Assembly (NCBI GenBank): GCA_963677895.2
Contig: CAXXGJ010000018.1
Span: forward strand, 1-64,000
Source of the DNA: Treponemataceae bacterium
GTDB lineage: Bacteria > Spirochaetota > Spirochaetia > Treponematales > Rectinemataceae
Direction: 5' to 3'
DNA length: 64,000 bases
Part shown: one piece after another, positions 19,365 to 29,867 of the stretch
Numbering within the stretch: the stretch's first letter is position 1
Layout of the letters: each line of letters starts with the position of its first letter
Notes under the pieces: model-generated
Databases searched by the model: none
The model's input: the letters and a program-made list of their open reading frames with translations, nothing else
Told to the model about the DNA's origin: nothing
Program-made: the position numbers and the translations under genes

Positions 19365-20834
19365 TTAGCGAGCGGGGACTTTCAGTTTCTGGCCGATTCT
19401 GAGCGTGCTGTTAACGCTTATGCCATTTTGTTCGGCGAGCGTGTCGGGTTTTACGTTAAAAAGAAGGGAGATACCCGAGAGGGTATCTCCCTTCTTTATT
19501 GTGTAGAAATCACTGAACGCGGTGTTATCCGAACCGGTCGTCTTTTTGGATGCGGAGATTGTCGCGGACAAGTGAGGAATGATGACGGTCTGTCCAATCT
19601 TTATCTTGTCCGCCTTGAGGCCGGGGTTGGCCTGCAAAATTATGTTGAGCGGCGTCGCATAACGCTGGGCTATCGCGCTCATCGTATCGCCCGATTTTAT
19701 CTTGTATATTTCGTATTTGAACAGCGGCGAGGAAACATCCTCGAGTACGGCCCGAACCGTTTCCGCCTTGTCCGCTGGCACCTTCACCATGTGCTTCGAG
19801 CTGGGGGGCGTTATGTGGTATTTGAGTTCGGCGTTGCCGTCTTTCAGCAGCTTGAGAGGAATGCCCGTTCGCTCGGCCAGGACGTTCATATCCACCTGTC
19901 GGGATGTTTCCAGCGCTTCCCACAGGCGCTTTTCGCCCCAGTCAGATTGAAAACCATGGAGTTCCGGATAGCTCAGTATCGAAGCGACGGCGAGGAATTT
20001 CGGGACGTAGGACAGCGGCTCCCTGGATAGTTTTTTGCTGTCATAAAGATGCCAGAAATCGATGGATTCGCCGTTCGAGGATTTTATCGCCCTCGAGACG
20101 GCCCCCAGCCCCGCGTTGTAGGCGGCTATGGCCAGCGGCCAGTCTCCGAGCGCTTCATAATTGTCGCGCAGCTTCTGCAGCGCGGCATCGGTGCTTTTCA
20201 TGAAGTCCTTGCGGTCATCCGTCCATTCAGAGATGGAGAGGCCGTAGCCGGAGATGGAGTTTCGCATGAATTGCCATATCCCCGTGGCGCCGCTTCTCGA
20301 CACGGCGAAGGGCGAATACTCCGACTCTATGACGGGCAGATAGAGAAGTTCCTTGGGCAGTTTGTATTCCAGTATCTTTTCTTCGACGTAGGCCAGATAG
20401 GGAAGGGAGCGCTCCATGACGGCCAGGAGCCATTTTTTGCCCCCGGAGGTCATGTAGGTAGCGCGGTAATTCTCGAATTCCTCGTGTCCCCAGGGCATTT
20501 CCATATCGAATTGAAGTCCGTCCACCAGGATTCCCGCTGACATGATGATCTCCGGATTGACCATTTGGGATTCGGCGGGAGGGACGACGGGCGGGGCGTC
20601 GACGGCGGCGGGCTGGGCGTCGGCGGCGGCGGGGGGGAGCGGGGATTCGGGAGCGATACTCGCCGGAATCTCCGCGGGGGAGGTTTCAATCTCGATCTCC
20701 GGATCGCGTCCTTGCCCGTAACCGGCGACGCAGAGCGTCAGCATAAAAAGCGCCGGCAGGAAAAAGCGAAGGCGCAAACCTGGGTGAAGACGTCTGTTCG
20801 AACCGGATTCGGAATATGGTTTACCGTGATTCAT
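19365..20834 (-). CDS. Lytic transglycosylase with two LysM domains (MltD-like)
   Basis: LPVIESEY, SGATGIWQFM, AAYNAG, YVPKF, and two LysM repeats (YKIKSGDTMS, YTIKKGDTLS). Start placed at MNHGK, which overlaps the upstream stop. Confidence 0.9.
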   Translation of the reverse strand: MNHGKPYSESGSNRRLHPGLRLRFFLPALFMLTLCVAGYGQGRDPEIEIETSPAEIPASIAPESPLPPAAADAQPAAVDAPPVVPPAESQMVNPEIIMSAGILVDGLQFDMEMPWGHEEFENYRATYMTSGGKKWLLAVMERSLPYLAYVEEKILEYKLPKELLYLPVIESEYSPFAVSRSGATGIWQFMRNSISGYGLSISEWTDDRKDFMKSTDAALQKLRDNYEALGDWPLAIAAYNAGLGAVSRAIKSSNGESIDFWHLYDSKKLSREPLSYVPKFLAVASILSYPELHGFQSDWGEKRLWEALETSRQVDMNVLAERTGIPLKLLKDGNAELKYHITPPSSKHMVKVPADKAETVRAVLEDVSSPLFKYEIYKIKSGDTMSAIAQRYATPLNIILQANPGLKADKIKIGQTVIIPHLSATISASKKTTGSDNTAFSDFYTIKKGDTLSGISLLFNVKPDTLAEQNGISVNSTLRIGQKLKVPAR

Positions 20835-21991
20835 TGCATCTTTTCTCCGAAATAAATGCCGGCCCATTCCCATTGTCCGTGTACCTTGGGATCGGCCGGA
20901 AAGTCGATTTTGCGGAAATACAGGTACCAGACCTGGACGCGTCCAGTCCAGCCCCATGTCCGCAGATAGGCGTCGTATGGTCCCGACGATGAATGCAGCG
21001 CGGCTGCCGATTGGATCGGCCGGCCCTGCATGAACTGGCTCAAATCGAAGGCGACCTTGCTGTTCGCGTCCATTCCGCTGTCCTGATACCAGGATACCGC
21101 AAAAAATCCCGCTTTCGAGGCATATTTTCGCAGCTGGCGGGCCGAACCGGACGCGAGGGCCTTTCTCACGCTCGCGGTCAGTTCGTCCAAACTCTCGAAG
21201 GTCCAGTCTTTCGGGCTGGCATTGAATTCGACCAGCTGTCTGGCATAGGCATGGGCTTCCGGATACCCCGGAACGCCAGCTCCGAAATAGGGAAGGAAAG
21301 CGGCATAATGCTCGAGGGCTTCCTTCCACGATCCGATTTTTTCGTACTCCTTGGCGAGCAAGAAGTGGGAAGCTCCCACGTCCTCGGCTTCGGGGAAACG
21401 CGCGATGAGGTCCCTGTAGTATTCGATCTTCCGTTCAGGCGCTTCCACGCTTCGGACCAGTCGCGCGAGCGATTCGTAATGGAGGCTCCTTCCCTCGATA
21501 TTGAGATCGGGGAGGGTCTTCACGATTCTCTCGTAAAGGGGAATCGCCAGAGGCACATCGCCCGCCGCCTCGTAGCTCGCGGCGGCGGCGAAGAGATACC
21601 AAGCCGCGTATTCGTCGGGAGGATCGCTCATTCCGACAAGGAATGACGCCGCTTTCGCGTGGTTCCCACCGTCGATCAGTATGGCGGAAATCTTCCTCGC
21701 GGCGGCATAGTGCGCCAGACTGTTGGGTTTGGCGCCATTCGGGCCATGTTCGTCCAGAACAGCGAACAGCGACGATAGCGCCTTTCTCTGCGAAAGGCCG
21801 CCTACGATATACAGGGAATTACCGCCGGAACAGGATGTTACAAAAAAAGAAGCCGCAAGGATAAAAATAACAAATAACGCAAACCGGCGCGCTTGAGAGG
21901 AGCGCAGCCCGGTCCTCTTGATGCGGGGGGCAGGTGAAAACACAAAAACCAGAGTAACACGCGGTTTTTCCGCTTTGCAAGTACGAACCAT
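20831..21991 (-). CDS. TPR-containing putative lipoprotein
   Basis: Lipobox-like VTSC, TPR-like helices, conserved-looking C-terminus GQWEWAGIYFGEK. The start codon is uncertain. Confidence 0.7.
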   Translation of the reverse strand: MVRTCKAEKPRVTLVFVFSPAPRIKRTGLRSSQARRFALFVIFILAASFFVTSCSGGNSLYIVGGLSQRKALSSLFAVLDEHGPNGAKPNSLAHYAAARKISAILIDGGNHAKAASFLVGMSDPPDEYAAWYLFAAAASYEAAGDVPLAIPLYERIVKTLPDLNIEGRSLHYESLARLVRSVEAPERKIEYYRDLIARFPEAEDVGASHFLLAKEYEKIGSWKEALEHYAAFLPYFGAGVPGYPEAHAYARQLVEFNASPKDWTFESLDELTASVRKALASGSARQLRKYASKAGFFAVSWYQDSGMDANSKVAFDLSQFMQGRPIQSAAALHSSSGPYDAYLRTWGWTGRVQVWYLYFRKIDFPADPKVHGQWEWAGIYFGEKMQ

Positions 21992-22034
21992 CTCTATATA
22001 CTTAAGGCCTCATTCCTTGGAGGAATTGCCACTA

Positions 22035-22424
22035 GTGAAACCCAGAGTATTCCTGACGCTGAGATTTCTCGCCACTTTTCTGATTTTTTCAGTCGTTGCG
22101 GGGCTGATAACCTGGATCGGCGGGCTGCAGATCGCCCAGACATGGCCCTTCCTCCTGGGAGCGGCGGGCATCGCCGGCCTTCTCGCCGGGATAAGGAAAC
22201 GCCATCGTTTTTTTGCGGGATTCACCATCCCTTCCATGGTTTTTATCGCGCTATCAGGCTTCTTCTGCCTTTTTTCTTTTCACCTCATCCCCATGCGGCT
22301 GAAAGATTTCATTTTAATGTATTGGCCGGCGATACCTGCCGTCTCCCTGGCATGTTTGTTTTTGAGCGCGGTTTTTTTCGGCTGGCGGCGTCAGGCGGCC
22401 GGACGCGGGAAAAATTCCGAATGA
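22035..22424 (+). CDS. Small membrane protein
   Basis: GGAGGA RBS before a GTG start, and about four hydrophobic segments. Confidence 0.6.
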   Translation: MKPRVFLTLRFLATFLIFSVVAGLITWIGGLQIAQTWPFLLGAAGIAGLLAGIRKRHRFFAGFTIPSMVFIALSGFFCLFSFHLIPMRLKDFILMYWPAIPAVSLACLFLSAVFFGWRRQAAGRGKNSE

Positions 22425-22547
22425 TGAACTTTTAATGCGGAATCGCTCAAGAAGTGAGGAATTTGGTACGATTTTCTATTATAATCACAATGACCAATCC
22501 AGTAATGAAAAGAGAACGCCTGGCGTTCGCGGCGGGAGAAAAGTGAA

Positions 22548-24503
22548 TTGAATAAAGTTTGGATGCGTGGAGCGTCGATTGCCTTTCTCGCCGCCATGCT
22601 CGGAGCCGCCGCTCTGCCTTTGCGCGCCCAGACCAGCATCGCCATGGCCAATCCCGAGACTCTGGCCAGGATGATCAGCAATAAGGCCGAAATCGAACGC
22701 AATATTATCCTGGCCACGCCCGATTCCCTCGCCCTCGCCAGGAATGGGCTCGCCGAATCGAAGGTCATATCCGAAGACGACAGGGAAGCCCTTCTGGAAA
22801 TCGTCCGCGGAATTTCGACCATTCTCTATCCGCCGCCTGTCGCGGCTCGCGCGTCGCCGAACGTCACGAAAAACCCTCCCCCGCGTTTCAAGGGGAATGG
22901 CGAACTGCTCTCCGATTTTTTCGTGGATCCGCTTCTCAAGAATATCCATCCTATCTATTCGGTATGCTTGACCCAGTTAGTGGAAGCTTCCAATGGAAGG
23001 ATCTTCGCCGCGCCTAAGGGTTCCGAGGGCGCTTTCCTGACGGAGATTCTGCCCGCTCTCGCCGTATTCAAGACTTCGGACAGGGATATGGCCCGGTCGG
23101 CTCTCGGTTATTCCGAACGCTTCGAAGCTTCGGGCAGCTACGCCTCGGCGATACCGGGGCTCGTGCAAGCGCGATTCGCCAGGTTGGAGGGCGACTCGCT
23201 CAAGGCCTATCATCTCTACAGCAAGGTCATGGATTCCTATCCCGACGTCTGGCCGGCAAGGCTGGAGTTAGGGCTGCTTTCCCTGGAAATGGGAATGCCC
23301 GTGAACGCGCTGACCTATCTTTCCCCGCTCGTGGAAAACAGGAAAAACGATGGCGCCGTCGTCTTGCCCTATGCCATGGCGCTCTATCACAACGGGAGAT
23401 TGGCGGACGCCGAGCCCTATGTGAGGAAAGGCCTGGAATGCTATCCCGAATCACCCGCGCTCTCGATTATCGCCGCGCATATTCTGATGGATAGGAACGA
23501 CTACGCCGCCGCACAGCCTCTTCTCGATGCCTATGGGAAGAAACATGCTTCGGACAGGATGTACCTGTACTTGAAAGCTCTCCTGGCCAAGGGGCAGAAC
23601 CGGAACGATGAAGCCCAGAAGTGGGCTCGCAAGGCCCTGCAGGCATATCCGGAAGACCCCGAAATCATGGTGCTTCTCGCCGGAATCCTTTTTGGCGGGC
23701 CTGAGGCGGGACACAAGGAAGCGGCGGCGCTGAGTATCGAAGCGAAGAACCGTTTTACCGCCGACAAAGCGTTGGCCGCCGGGTCGAGGCCGGCTCCTTT
23801 AAGCCCCTTGATGGAAGCGATGCGCAAAGAGGCCGAAGGCGAGGCCACGCGCTTTCTGATGCTCGAAGCCTACAACCATCAGGATTGGTACGCCGCCGGC
23901 GAAATGCTCGGATCGACTCCGACATCGGGGATAGACAAGGCTGTCGTCGCCACGATCCTGCGAAAATCGGGCAGGAAGAGGGAAGCCCTCGCTTTTTCTT
24001 CCGAATGGTATAAGGACAGTCCGAAATCGGAAGCCGCCGCCGAAGCCTACCTCCGATCGCTCGCCGCGGCCAGCACCGGCATAGGCGTGGCTTCGGCGGC
24101 CGGCTCCGTGGTTTCGGACGCCGGCACCGGCCTCATAGGGTTCATGGGCGGCTATGCTCCGGGAACTTCGGGGCCCGTCCTGGACGCGGGGCAGCCTTCC
24201 ATCATCGGCCTCGTGCTCCAGCTGCTCTCGGGATCCTGTTCGGCCAGCATGCGATCCTATCTTTATTTTCTTCGCGGGACCTTGCAGACCGATGCCGACG
24301 CGGCCATCGACTCCTATCGGATGGCTCTCCTCGAGCGGGCCGATAACGTAGAAGCCATCGCGGCCCTGGCAAAGGCCTACGCCAAGAAAAACGACGCGCA
24401 GAAAGCGCTTTTCTTCGTCAAGCAAGCCAAGGCGATAGGAATCGACGACGCTGACCTCTTTTCCGATCTGCAGGCGCTGGAAGCGACGCTCACCAAGGGA
24501 TGA
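22548..24503 (+). CDS. Exported TPR protein
   Basis: Signal peptide and many TPR-like repeats ending in YP/AYP turns. Confidence 0.8.
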   Translation: MNKVWMRGASIAFLAAMLGAAALPLRAQTSIAMANPETLARMISNKAEIERNIILATPDSLALARNGLAESKVISEDDREALLEIVRGISTILYPPPVAARASPNVTKNPPPRFKGNGELLSDFFVDPLLKNIHPIYSVCLTQLVEASNGRIFAAPKGSEGAFLTEILPALAVFKTSDRDMARSALGYSERFEASGSYASAIPGLVQARFARLEGDSLKAYHLYSKVMDSYPDVWPARLELGLLSLEMGMPVNALTYLSPLVENRKNDGAVVLPYAMALYHNGRLADAEPYVRKGLECYPESPALSIIAAHILMDRNDYAAAQPLLDAYGKKHASDRMYLYLKALLAKGQNRNDEAQKWARKALQAYPEDPEIMVLLAGILFGGPEAGHKEAAALSIEAKNRFTADKALAAGSRPAPLSPLMEAMRKEAEGEATRFLMLEAYNHQDWYAAGEMLGSTPTSGIDKAVVATILRKSGRKREALAFSSEWYKDSPKSEAAAEAYLRSLAAASTGIGVASAAGSVVSDAGTGLIGFMGGYAPGTSGPVLDAGQPSIIGLVLQLLSGSCSASMRSYLYFLRGTLQTDADAAIDSYRMALLERADNVEAIAALAKAYAKKNDAQKALFFVKQAKAIGIDDADLFSDLQALEATLTKG

Positions 24504-25363
24504 CCGCTCTTTTCAATCCGGACTTAGCGGAATTCCTCGAAACCATCTACAACGAATGCAACCGACGGCAACGATTGAACAGGGATCCCCTGGCGATCGT
24601 CGCCGGCTATAGCGATACAGCCGACAGGGAAGTGGCGGGGCTTATCTGTTCCACCCTCGCTTTCGGCTCGGTGGATCTCATTCTCCGCGCCTGTAATCTC
24701 GCGCTCGAACCTTTGGGGCCCCACCCCGCTTCGGCGCTCGAATCCATGGAGGACGACGATCTGTCGCGGTTTTGGGGTGATTTTCACTATCGCTTCTGTT
24801 TTCCTTCCGACATGCAGGCCCTGCTGCGCGCTATCCGCGCGGCGAGGCGCAGCCTGGGCTCCCTTGAGGCATTGTTTCTCGCCGGCGACGCGCCCGGAAA
24901 CGAAATGCCGGAGACGACCAGTACCTTCGTCCGGGCGTTGAGGACCCTGGGCTTGGACGCTTCCTCGCCTGGAGCCCGCTCTACCCGCTCTACCCGCTCT
25001 TCCGGGCCTGGCATCCGCAAGAACCTCCTGCCCGATCCCTCCGATGGTTCGGCCTGCAAACGACTCTTCCTGTTCCTGCGCTGGATGGCGCGTAAAGACG
25101 ACATCGACCCGGGCGGCTGGGATTCGCTTTCCCAGTCGCGCCTTATCGTCCCTCTCGATGTCCATATGGTGAAGACCTGCCGCGAAAGGCTGGGATTTTT
25201 GGGCAAGGCGCGGGCATCGGGTCCTCCGAACCTGCGCGACGCTATCGAGGTGACGAGGCAGTTCGCCCTCTATTCGCCCGACGATCCGGTCAAATATGAC
25301 TTCGCTTTGACGAGGCCCGGGATCGATCCTTGGCCCGGTGACGAAGTCTTTGGCTGTTTCTGA
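24500..25363 (+). CDS. TIGR02757/DUF2400-like protein
   Basis: DPL, LAFG, SACKRLFLFLRWMAR, LIVPLDVH, DDPVKYDFAL. Confidence 0.85.
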   Translation: MTALFNPDLAEFLETIYNECNRRQRLNRDPLAIVAGYSDTADREVAGLICSTLAFGSVDLILRACNLALEPLGPHPASALESMEDDDLSRFWGDFHYRFCFPSDMQALLRAIRAARRSLGSLEALFLAGDAPGNEMPETTSTFVRALRTLGLDASSPGARSTRSTRSSGPGIRKNLLPDPSDGSACKRLFLFLRWMARKDDIDPGGWDSLSQSRLIVPLDVHMVKTCRERLGFLGKARASGPPNLRDAIEVTRQFALYSPDDPVKYDFALTRPGIDPWPGDEVFGCF

Positions 25364-25418
25364 TTGACATTGGCGAGGCCGCTGTGATAGCTTAGTCGAG
25401 CTATCGGTACGGTAGCGA

Positions 25419-25492
25419 CGGGCAATAGCGCAGGTGGTTAGCGTACGAGTCTGGGGGACTCGGGGTCGCCAGTTCGAGTCTGGCTTGCCCGA
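25419..25492 (+). tRNA. tRNA-Pro (GGG)
   Basis: CGGGCAA...TTGCCCG acceptor stem, CGAGT-CTGGGGG-ACTCG anticodon arm, GTTCGAG T-loop. Confidence 0.93.
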
Positions 25493-25494
25493 TA

Positions 25495-25537
25495 GAGAGC
25501 GAGTTATCGCGATGCGATGACTCGCTCTTTTTATTTT
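25495..25537 (+). terminator. Intrinsic terminator after tRNA-Pro
   Basis: GAGAGCGAGTTATCGC-GAT-GCGATGACTCGCTCTT followed by a T-rich tail. Confidence 0.75.
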
Positions 25538-25660
25538 TAAAAGCTATTACGCATGAAGCGGCTTGACGAAGGTAGTAGTTGGTGTAACAATTTTTATAGG
25601 ATATTGCCATATTGTAAGTGAAAATTTTAACACATAAGTGTTTTTAGGAGGAGGCTGCGA

Positions 25661-27157
25661 TTGAAGGCAGTTGGCTATGCGTGGCTCATTCAAACGTACC
25701 ACCTCGATGTGCTCGAGCCTGCATCAGTCTCCTATATCCATGACCGAAGCGATCGCCACAGCGTGGAACAGGATAGCCGGACCGAGTCGTATTACCCCAG
25801 GGGTTATGATCCTGGCGATGAATGGGCCGGGAACCTAACGTTTGCGCTAAAGTATGAAGGGCTCAATCTTGAAGTGTTGGCGGCGTTGTTCCCAATGCTC
25901 GATTCTTCCGCGGTCGAAGCCTATGTTCAGGAATCACCGATCGGCAAATATGCCCGGTTTGTATGGTTTTTTTATGAACTCCTAACGGAGCGAAAGCTTG
26001 GTTTTCCTGATCTCGACACGGGTAACTACCTGCCGATCCTCGATGAAGAGCGGGAATTCACCATCCCTGCGGCGTTTGCGCCGAGGGCGAAGCGGCAAAG
26101 GCTTATCGTAAACCTCCTCGGAGGGAAAGAGTATTGCCCGCGCATCAGGAAGACCGAAGCGATCGCAGCCTTCTATACCGCCGATGTCGCGGCATCGGTA
26201 CGAGCCCTTGTCGCCGCCTATCCCGATGAACTCATCGGGCGCGCTTCCCGATACCTCTACGCAAAGGAAACGAAATCTTCATTCGAGATCGAGCGGGAGA
26301 AAGCAGACACGAAGCGTACCACCAGGTTCATTGAACTCTTAAAGCGAGCGGGGCGTATCGATCCGTATGGCGAAAAGGAGCTTGCGGCGCTGCAGAACGC
26401 GATCGTTGAAGAACGATATGCCGTCAATGGGTATAGGACGAACCAAAATTATGTAGGCGAGAGCATCGGCCCGACCCGCGAACTCGTCCATTATATTCCG
26501 CCCAAGCCAGAAGCCTTGGGATCCCTTATGGAGGGATGGACTTCCTGCAGTCGGCAGATCCGGGCCAGCGCTCTAGATGCCCTCGTTCTTGCCACCGTGG
26601 CGGGATTCGGGTTCGTGTATCTCCATCCCTTCGAAGATGGCAATGGCCGCATCCATCGTTTCCTGATCCACGACGCGCTGGTCGCGACGGGATTCACGCC
26701 CGAAGGCATGATATTCCCCGTTTCCGCGGTCATGCTTCGCCGGATGAAGGAGTACGACGCTGCTTTGGAAGCGTTCTCGAAGCCGTGCATGGAACGGCTG
26801 CAATATGCGCTCGATAGCCGGGGATCGGTAACGGTGCGGGGAGAGACCAGCGGGCACTACCGCTATCCTGATCTGACACGGCAGGCGGAAGCTTTAGTTT
26901 CATTCGTACAGGAAACGGCGCAGGTGGAGTTATCGGCGGAACTGGAGTACCTCTCGCTCTTTGACCAGGCAGCCGAAGCCGTTCGTTCCCTCCTTGATAT
27001 GCCCGATCGAAAGCTTGAGCTCTTCGTCCGCCTCTGCATCCAGGGCAAGGGGAAGGTATCGGCATCGAAACGCGAGCTATTCCCTGAGATCACCGATGGA
27101 GAACTTGCCGATCTCGAAAGCGCCGTAACCCCGATCATCGCTGGCCTGAAGCGTTAG
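25661..27157 (+). CDS. Fic family protein (long type)
   Basis: Canonical HPFEDGNGRIHR motif. N-terminal GYAWL and FALKYEG. GGAGG RBS before a TTG start. Confidence 0.9.
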   Translation: MKAVGYAWLIQTYHLDVLEPASVSYIHDRSDRHSVEQDSRTESYYPRGYDPGDEWAGNLTFALKYEGLNLEVLAALFPMLDSSAVEAYVQESPIGKYARFVWFFYELLTERKLGFPDLDTGNYLPILDEEREFTIPAAFAPRAKRQRLIVNLLGGKEYCPRIRKTEAIAAFYTADVAASVRALVAAYPDELIGRASRYLYAKETKSSFEIEREKADTKRTTRFIELLKRAGRIDPYGEKELAALQNAIVEERYAVNGYRTNQNYVGESIGPTRELVHYIPPKPEALGSLMEGWTSCSRQIRASALDALVLATVAGFGFVYLHPFEDGNGRIHRFLIHDALVATGFTPEGMIFPVSAVMLRRMKEYDAALEAFSKPCMERLQYALDSRGSVTVRGETSGHYRYPDLTRQAEALVSFVQETAQVELSAELEYLSLFDQAAEAVRSLLDMPDRKLELFVRLCIQGKGKVSASKRELFPEITDGELADLESAVTPIIAGLKR

Positions 27158-27225
27158 CTCCTCTTTTATTGCCTCGAAGGCTACCATTGCCTTGAACGGC
27201 TTGTCGAACTTCTTCTTCGTGGTGG
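27140..27225 (-). mobile_element. Transposase HTH (OrfA-like) remnant
   Basis: KKKFDKPFKAMVAFEAIKEELTL resembles the IS3-type OrfA N-terminus (R/K..F..EFKAKVALEAI.E..T). It is truncated. Confidence 0.55.
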
Positions 27226-27389
27226 ACGCTTCTTGACAGACCGAATGTTGTCGTTTGGCCAAGCACGTACTCTTTTATTCTTGATAAGTGCATCCATGAT
27301 AATAAATTATACAGCTAACCCTTGTCTCTATGCTATAGATAACTACACCAATATTGCACCATTTAGGGCCTGAATCCATAGTTATAAAT

Positions 27390-27570
27390 ATGAGTAGATG
27401 CGAGACCTCGAAGACAGCGTTATACTGACATACAATCAACGGGACTGAATCAAGAAGTTTGAAATCATACCGAAAGAGGAAGGCCACGGGTTACGCTTCA
27501 TCGATGCGATCATCATTCAGAACGGCAGAACGGAAAGGCTCTCGCCCAATACAAAGATGAATCTCGACGG
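27390..27570 (+). pseudogene. Degraded small hypothetical gene
   Basis: Reads MSRCETSKTALY*HTINGT, then after a frameshift IKKFEIIPKEEGHGLRFIDAIIIQNG. It is protein-like with an E...IDA spacing reminiscent of PD-(D/E)XK proteins, but has an internal stop and a frameshift. Confidence 0.3.
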
Positions 27571-27640
27571 TCAAGGAGGAGTGGAAGGTTACGATTTCCT
27601 CTTAACTTCGGCGACAAGGTTGACCGTCTTTAAAAACACT

Positions 27641-28654
27641 TCACTCCATCGGTGAAGATACTTTGACCTCGAGGCCCCACTTCGGTGGGTACCACTGCGG
27701 GATCGGCTCTAGGCTTGGTGTATACTTCTGCTTGATGCGGGTTCGCCCCAACTTGCTCTCGATGTCCGGGTGCGCAACGCGAGCATACTTGCTAACCTCG
27801 CAGAACACGTTCTGGCAGTCGATGAGCTGAAGGCTGCGGCCCCAGAGGCTCTGGAACTTCATGCCCAGCCTCTCAAACTCGTAGCCTGCACGCTCAGCCA
27901 TGACCTGGATGATCTCGGCTTCGCTCAAGCCGTCCATGTCCTTGAAGCATTTGCTAATACCGTCCTTAGCACCGGGTCCTGCTACGACAAACTCCATCTC
28001 GGAAAAGTCGGTGAGCTCACTGTAGTTGATATCGATGGCAAACTGGAACGCGAGGAAGTCACCGAGCGACGGATAGCTACGCAGTAGCTTAAAAGCGCCA
28101 TGGAGCGAGCGTGCCTTCGTGAGCTTCTTCGGTGCCCCATCTGCCATCATGTGTTCGATGAGTCGGAGGTGATTGCGATGCTTGCGCGGACTACCGAACG
28201 CCGGCGACGGCATGATGTAGGCGGCCGAATAGACGCGCTCGCCTTTTTCAAGCAGACCATCTAGCACCTTCGCGTAGGTTTCGAACGAGAACTCACTCCA
28301 ATTCAGTTCGCCGAGCTTTGTTTGCAGGCTCTCCCATGTCTGAATCTTGTTGAAAAGCTTGAATAGGATCGTGCGGAAGAAGATTTCTTCAAGCTTCTGC
28401 GAGCCTTCATAGATCACGTGGCGGATCAGATACTGGCTCACGCGATCCGATGCTCTGTACACGTTCGTGAAGCGGTACACGCTGAGGATCGGATCCTCAG
28501 TCCATGGTGGCGTACTGCCAAGCACGCGGCGCATGAACATTTCTTGGCGTTTCGAGGCGAAGTACCAGTATGTGTCGAATACTGGTGTCGTTTTTAGTAA
28601 ACGCCCGCCCGGTAATCGGATATCGTAGGCAGCTCGCATGCTCAATCGGTCCAC
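27641..28654 (-). CDS. DNA base-hypermodification-associated protein (aGPT-Pplase clade 1 / 5-hmdU DNA kinase helical-domain family)
   Basis: YWYFASKRQEMF..R, PPWTEDPIL..YRFTNVYRASDRVSQY, LFKLFNKIQTW, YSAAYIM, LGDFLAFQFAID, AGPGAKDGI, DCQNVFCEVSKY. Family recalled from these motifs. The start may be ATG 28639. Confidence 0.75.
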   Translation of the reverse strand: MDRLSMRAAYDIRLPGGRLLKTTPVFDTYWYFASKRQEMFMRRVLGSTPPWTEDPILSVYRFTNVYRASDRVSQYLIRHVIYEGSQKLEEIFFRTILFKLFNKIQTWESLQTKLGELNWSEFSFETYAKVLDGLLEKGERVYSAAYIMPSPAFGSPRKHRNHLRLIEHMMADGAPKKLTKARSLHGAFKLLRSYPSLGDFLAFQFAIDINYSELTDFSEMEFVVAGPGAKDGISKCFKDMDGLSEAEIIQVMAERAGYEFERLGMKFQSLWGRSLQLIDCQNVFCEVSKYARVAHPDIESKLGRTRIKQKYTPSLEPIPQWYPPKWGLEVKVSSPME

Positions 28655-29187
28655 TCGCTACCCGTGTGGTTCTTACCGAACGATGCTCGGGAGTTATCCG
28701 GCTGCTTGGTACTCTTGCGTAGGTATGCCTGATGGATCCAATCCTGAACCATCATTGGGTTATCCGACCAGTTATAGATCTTCGCGAACTCGCATTTGAT
28801 ATTATCGTAGAGGCGCGGCGGAATCGTGTGCGGGTTGTATTTTGTCGGATCAGTTCGCGGATATGTAGGCAGCAAGATGCCAAGGAGGCCGGAGCGCGGG
28901 TTGTACTCCGTTTGACGAATCGATGAGCCAATCTCCCAGTCGATGTACTTCCGTTGCCATGTCTCAGCGCCAATCAGCACAACGGTCACCGAGGTGTCGC
29001 GGATGTACTCGTCGCGGATTTTCTGTCTGATGGTTTCGGTCGACAGGTTCAAGTCGATGTCGCCGTCGTTGACCGAACCCGGCACAATCGCATCAAATGC
29101 GTTCCCGAAGCGCAATTCGAAGATATTCTTGTAGTTTTCGTCGAGTGCATGGTGGTAGCTGACGAATACCTTGTGTCTGTTGCTCAT
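28642..29187 (-). CDS. TIR domain protein (ThsB-like, MTH538/DUF1863 type)
   Basis: HKVFVSYHH, IRQKIRDEYIRDTSVTVVLIG..TWQRKYIDWEI..S (catalytic Glu present), GLLGI, PPRL. Confidence 0.88.
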   Translation of the reverse strand: MSNRHKVFVSYHHALDENYKNIFELRFGNAFDAIVPGSVNDGDIDLNLSTETIRQKIRDEYIRDTSVTVVLIGAETWQRKYIDWEIGSSIRQTEYNPRSGLLGILLPTYPRTDPTKYNPHTIPPRLYDNIKCEFAKIYNWSDNPMMVQDWIHQAYLRKSTKQPDNSRASFGKNHTGSEWTD

Positions 29188-29867
29188 TGAGCACTCCTTC
29201 TAGCACTCCGACTCTTGGTGGATGATGCAACTTGTAGTGCGGACATCGTTAGTCGTTGATGTTTAGCAAACTCGAGAGGTTCTCCTTGAACCCCCCACTT
29301 CCCTTGCTGTTCTAGCCAAGCCTCGAACGCTTCGGCAAGCTCCTTTTTGAAGACGCGATGGCCCTGTGACTTGAGGCAAATATCCTCATCCGTCTTTCGA
29401 AAAGGACGGTACTGCTCTGGAATCATCGGAGCGGACTTCCCCCAGTAGACAAATTTCGTAGCGATCAATAGTCGATCAACACTTGTGTCCCAGGTTATAT
29501 TTGCCTTGTTCTGACGACCTTTTTCAAAACTATGATGAGAGTCAGCTTGGATCCAGCGTTCCCCCTCGCGCCGATAGATGTTGTCACCGTAAATCACTTT
29601 GAGGCTGCCATTAAGATTAGGCCGCTTTCGAAAGAAGCGCGGATCATTCCAGTAAGTGTTAAAATTGAGAATCTCTCCAACTTGCATCGCGTAGATAAGC
29701 CGCCCGTTGAAGGCATATCTCGTCTTTGCGCCGGTTCCGATGATCCAATCTCCCACACTCGCACTAGCACGAATTCTCGGCTTGCACGTTGCCAACGTGC
29801 AGAAGCCAAAGAAAGGGTTTGGGGCGAAGCCAAAGTCACGTGCGATGATATACGAGTATAACTTCAT
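29184..29867 (-). CDS. Nmad2 (nucleotide modification-associated domain 2) family protein
   Basis: MKLYSYIIARDFGFAPNPFFGFCTLATCKPRIR..A..GDWIIG, LIYAMQV, YWNDPRF..KRP, GDNIY, SHH, F.YWG. Confidence 0.8.
   Translation of the reverse strand: MKLYSYIIARDFGFAPNPFFGFCTLATCKPRIRASASVGDWIIGTGAKTRYAFNGRLIYAMQVGEILNFNTYWNDPRFFRKRPNLNGSLKVIYGDNIYRREGERWIQADSHHSFEKGRQNKANITWDTSVDRLLIATKFVYWGKSAPMIPEQYRPFRKTDEDICLKSQGHRVFKKELAEAFEAWLEQQGKWGVQGEPLEFAKHQRLTMSALQVASSTKSRSARRSAQ

Noticed and set aside
19365..21329. 654-aa version of the transglycosylase
   Set aside because: The first ~165 aa overlap the upstream TPR gene in another frame. The start at 20834 fits an ATGA overlap and a signal sequence.
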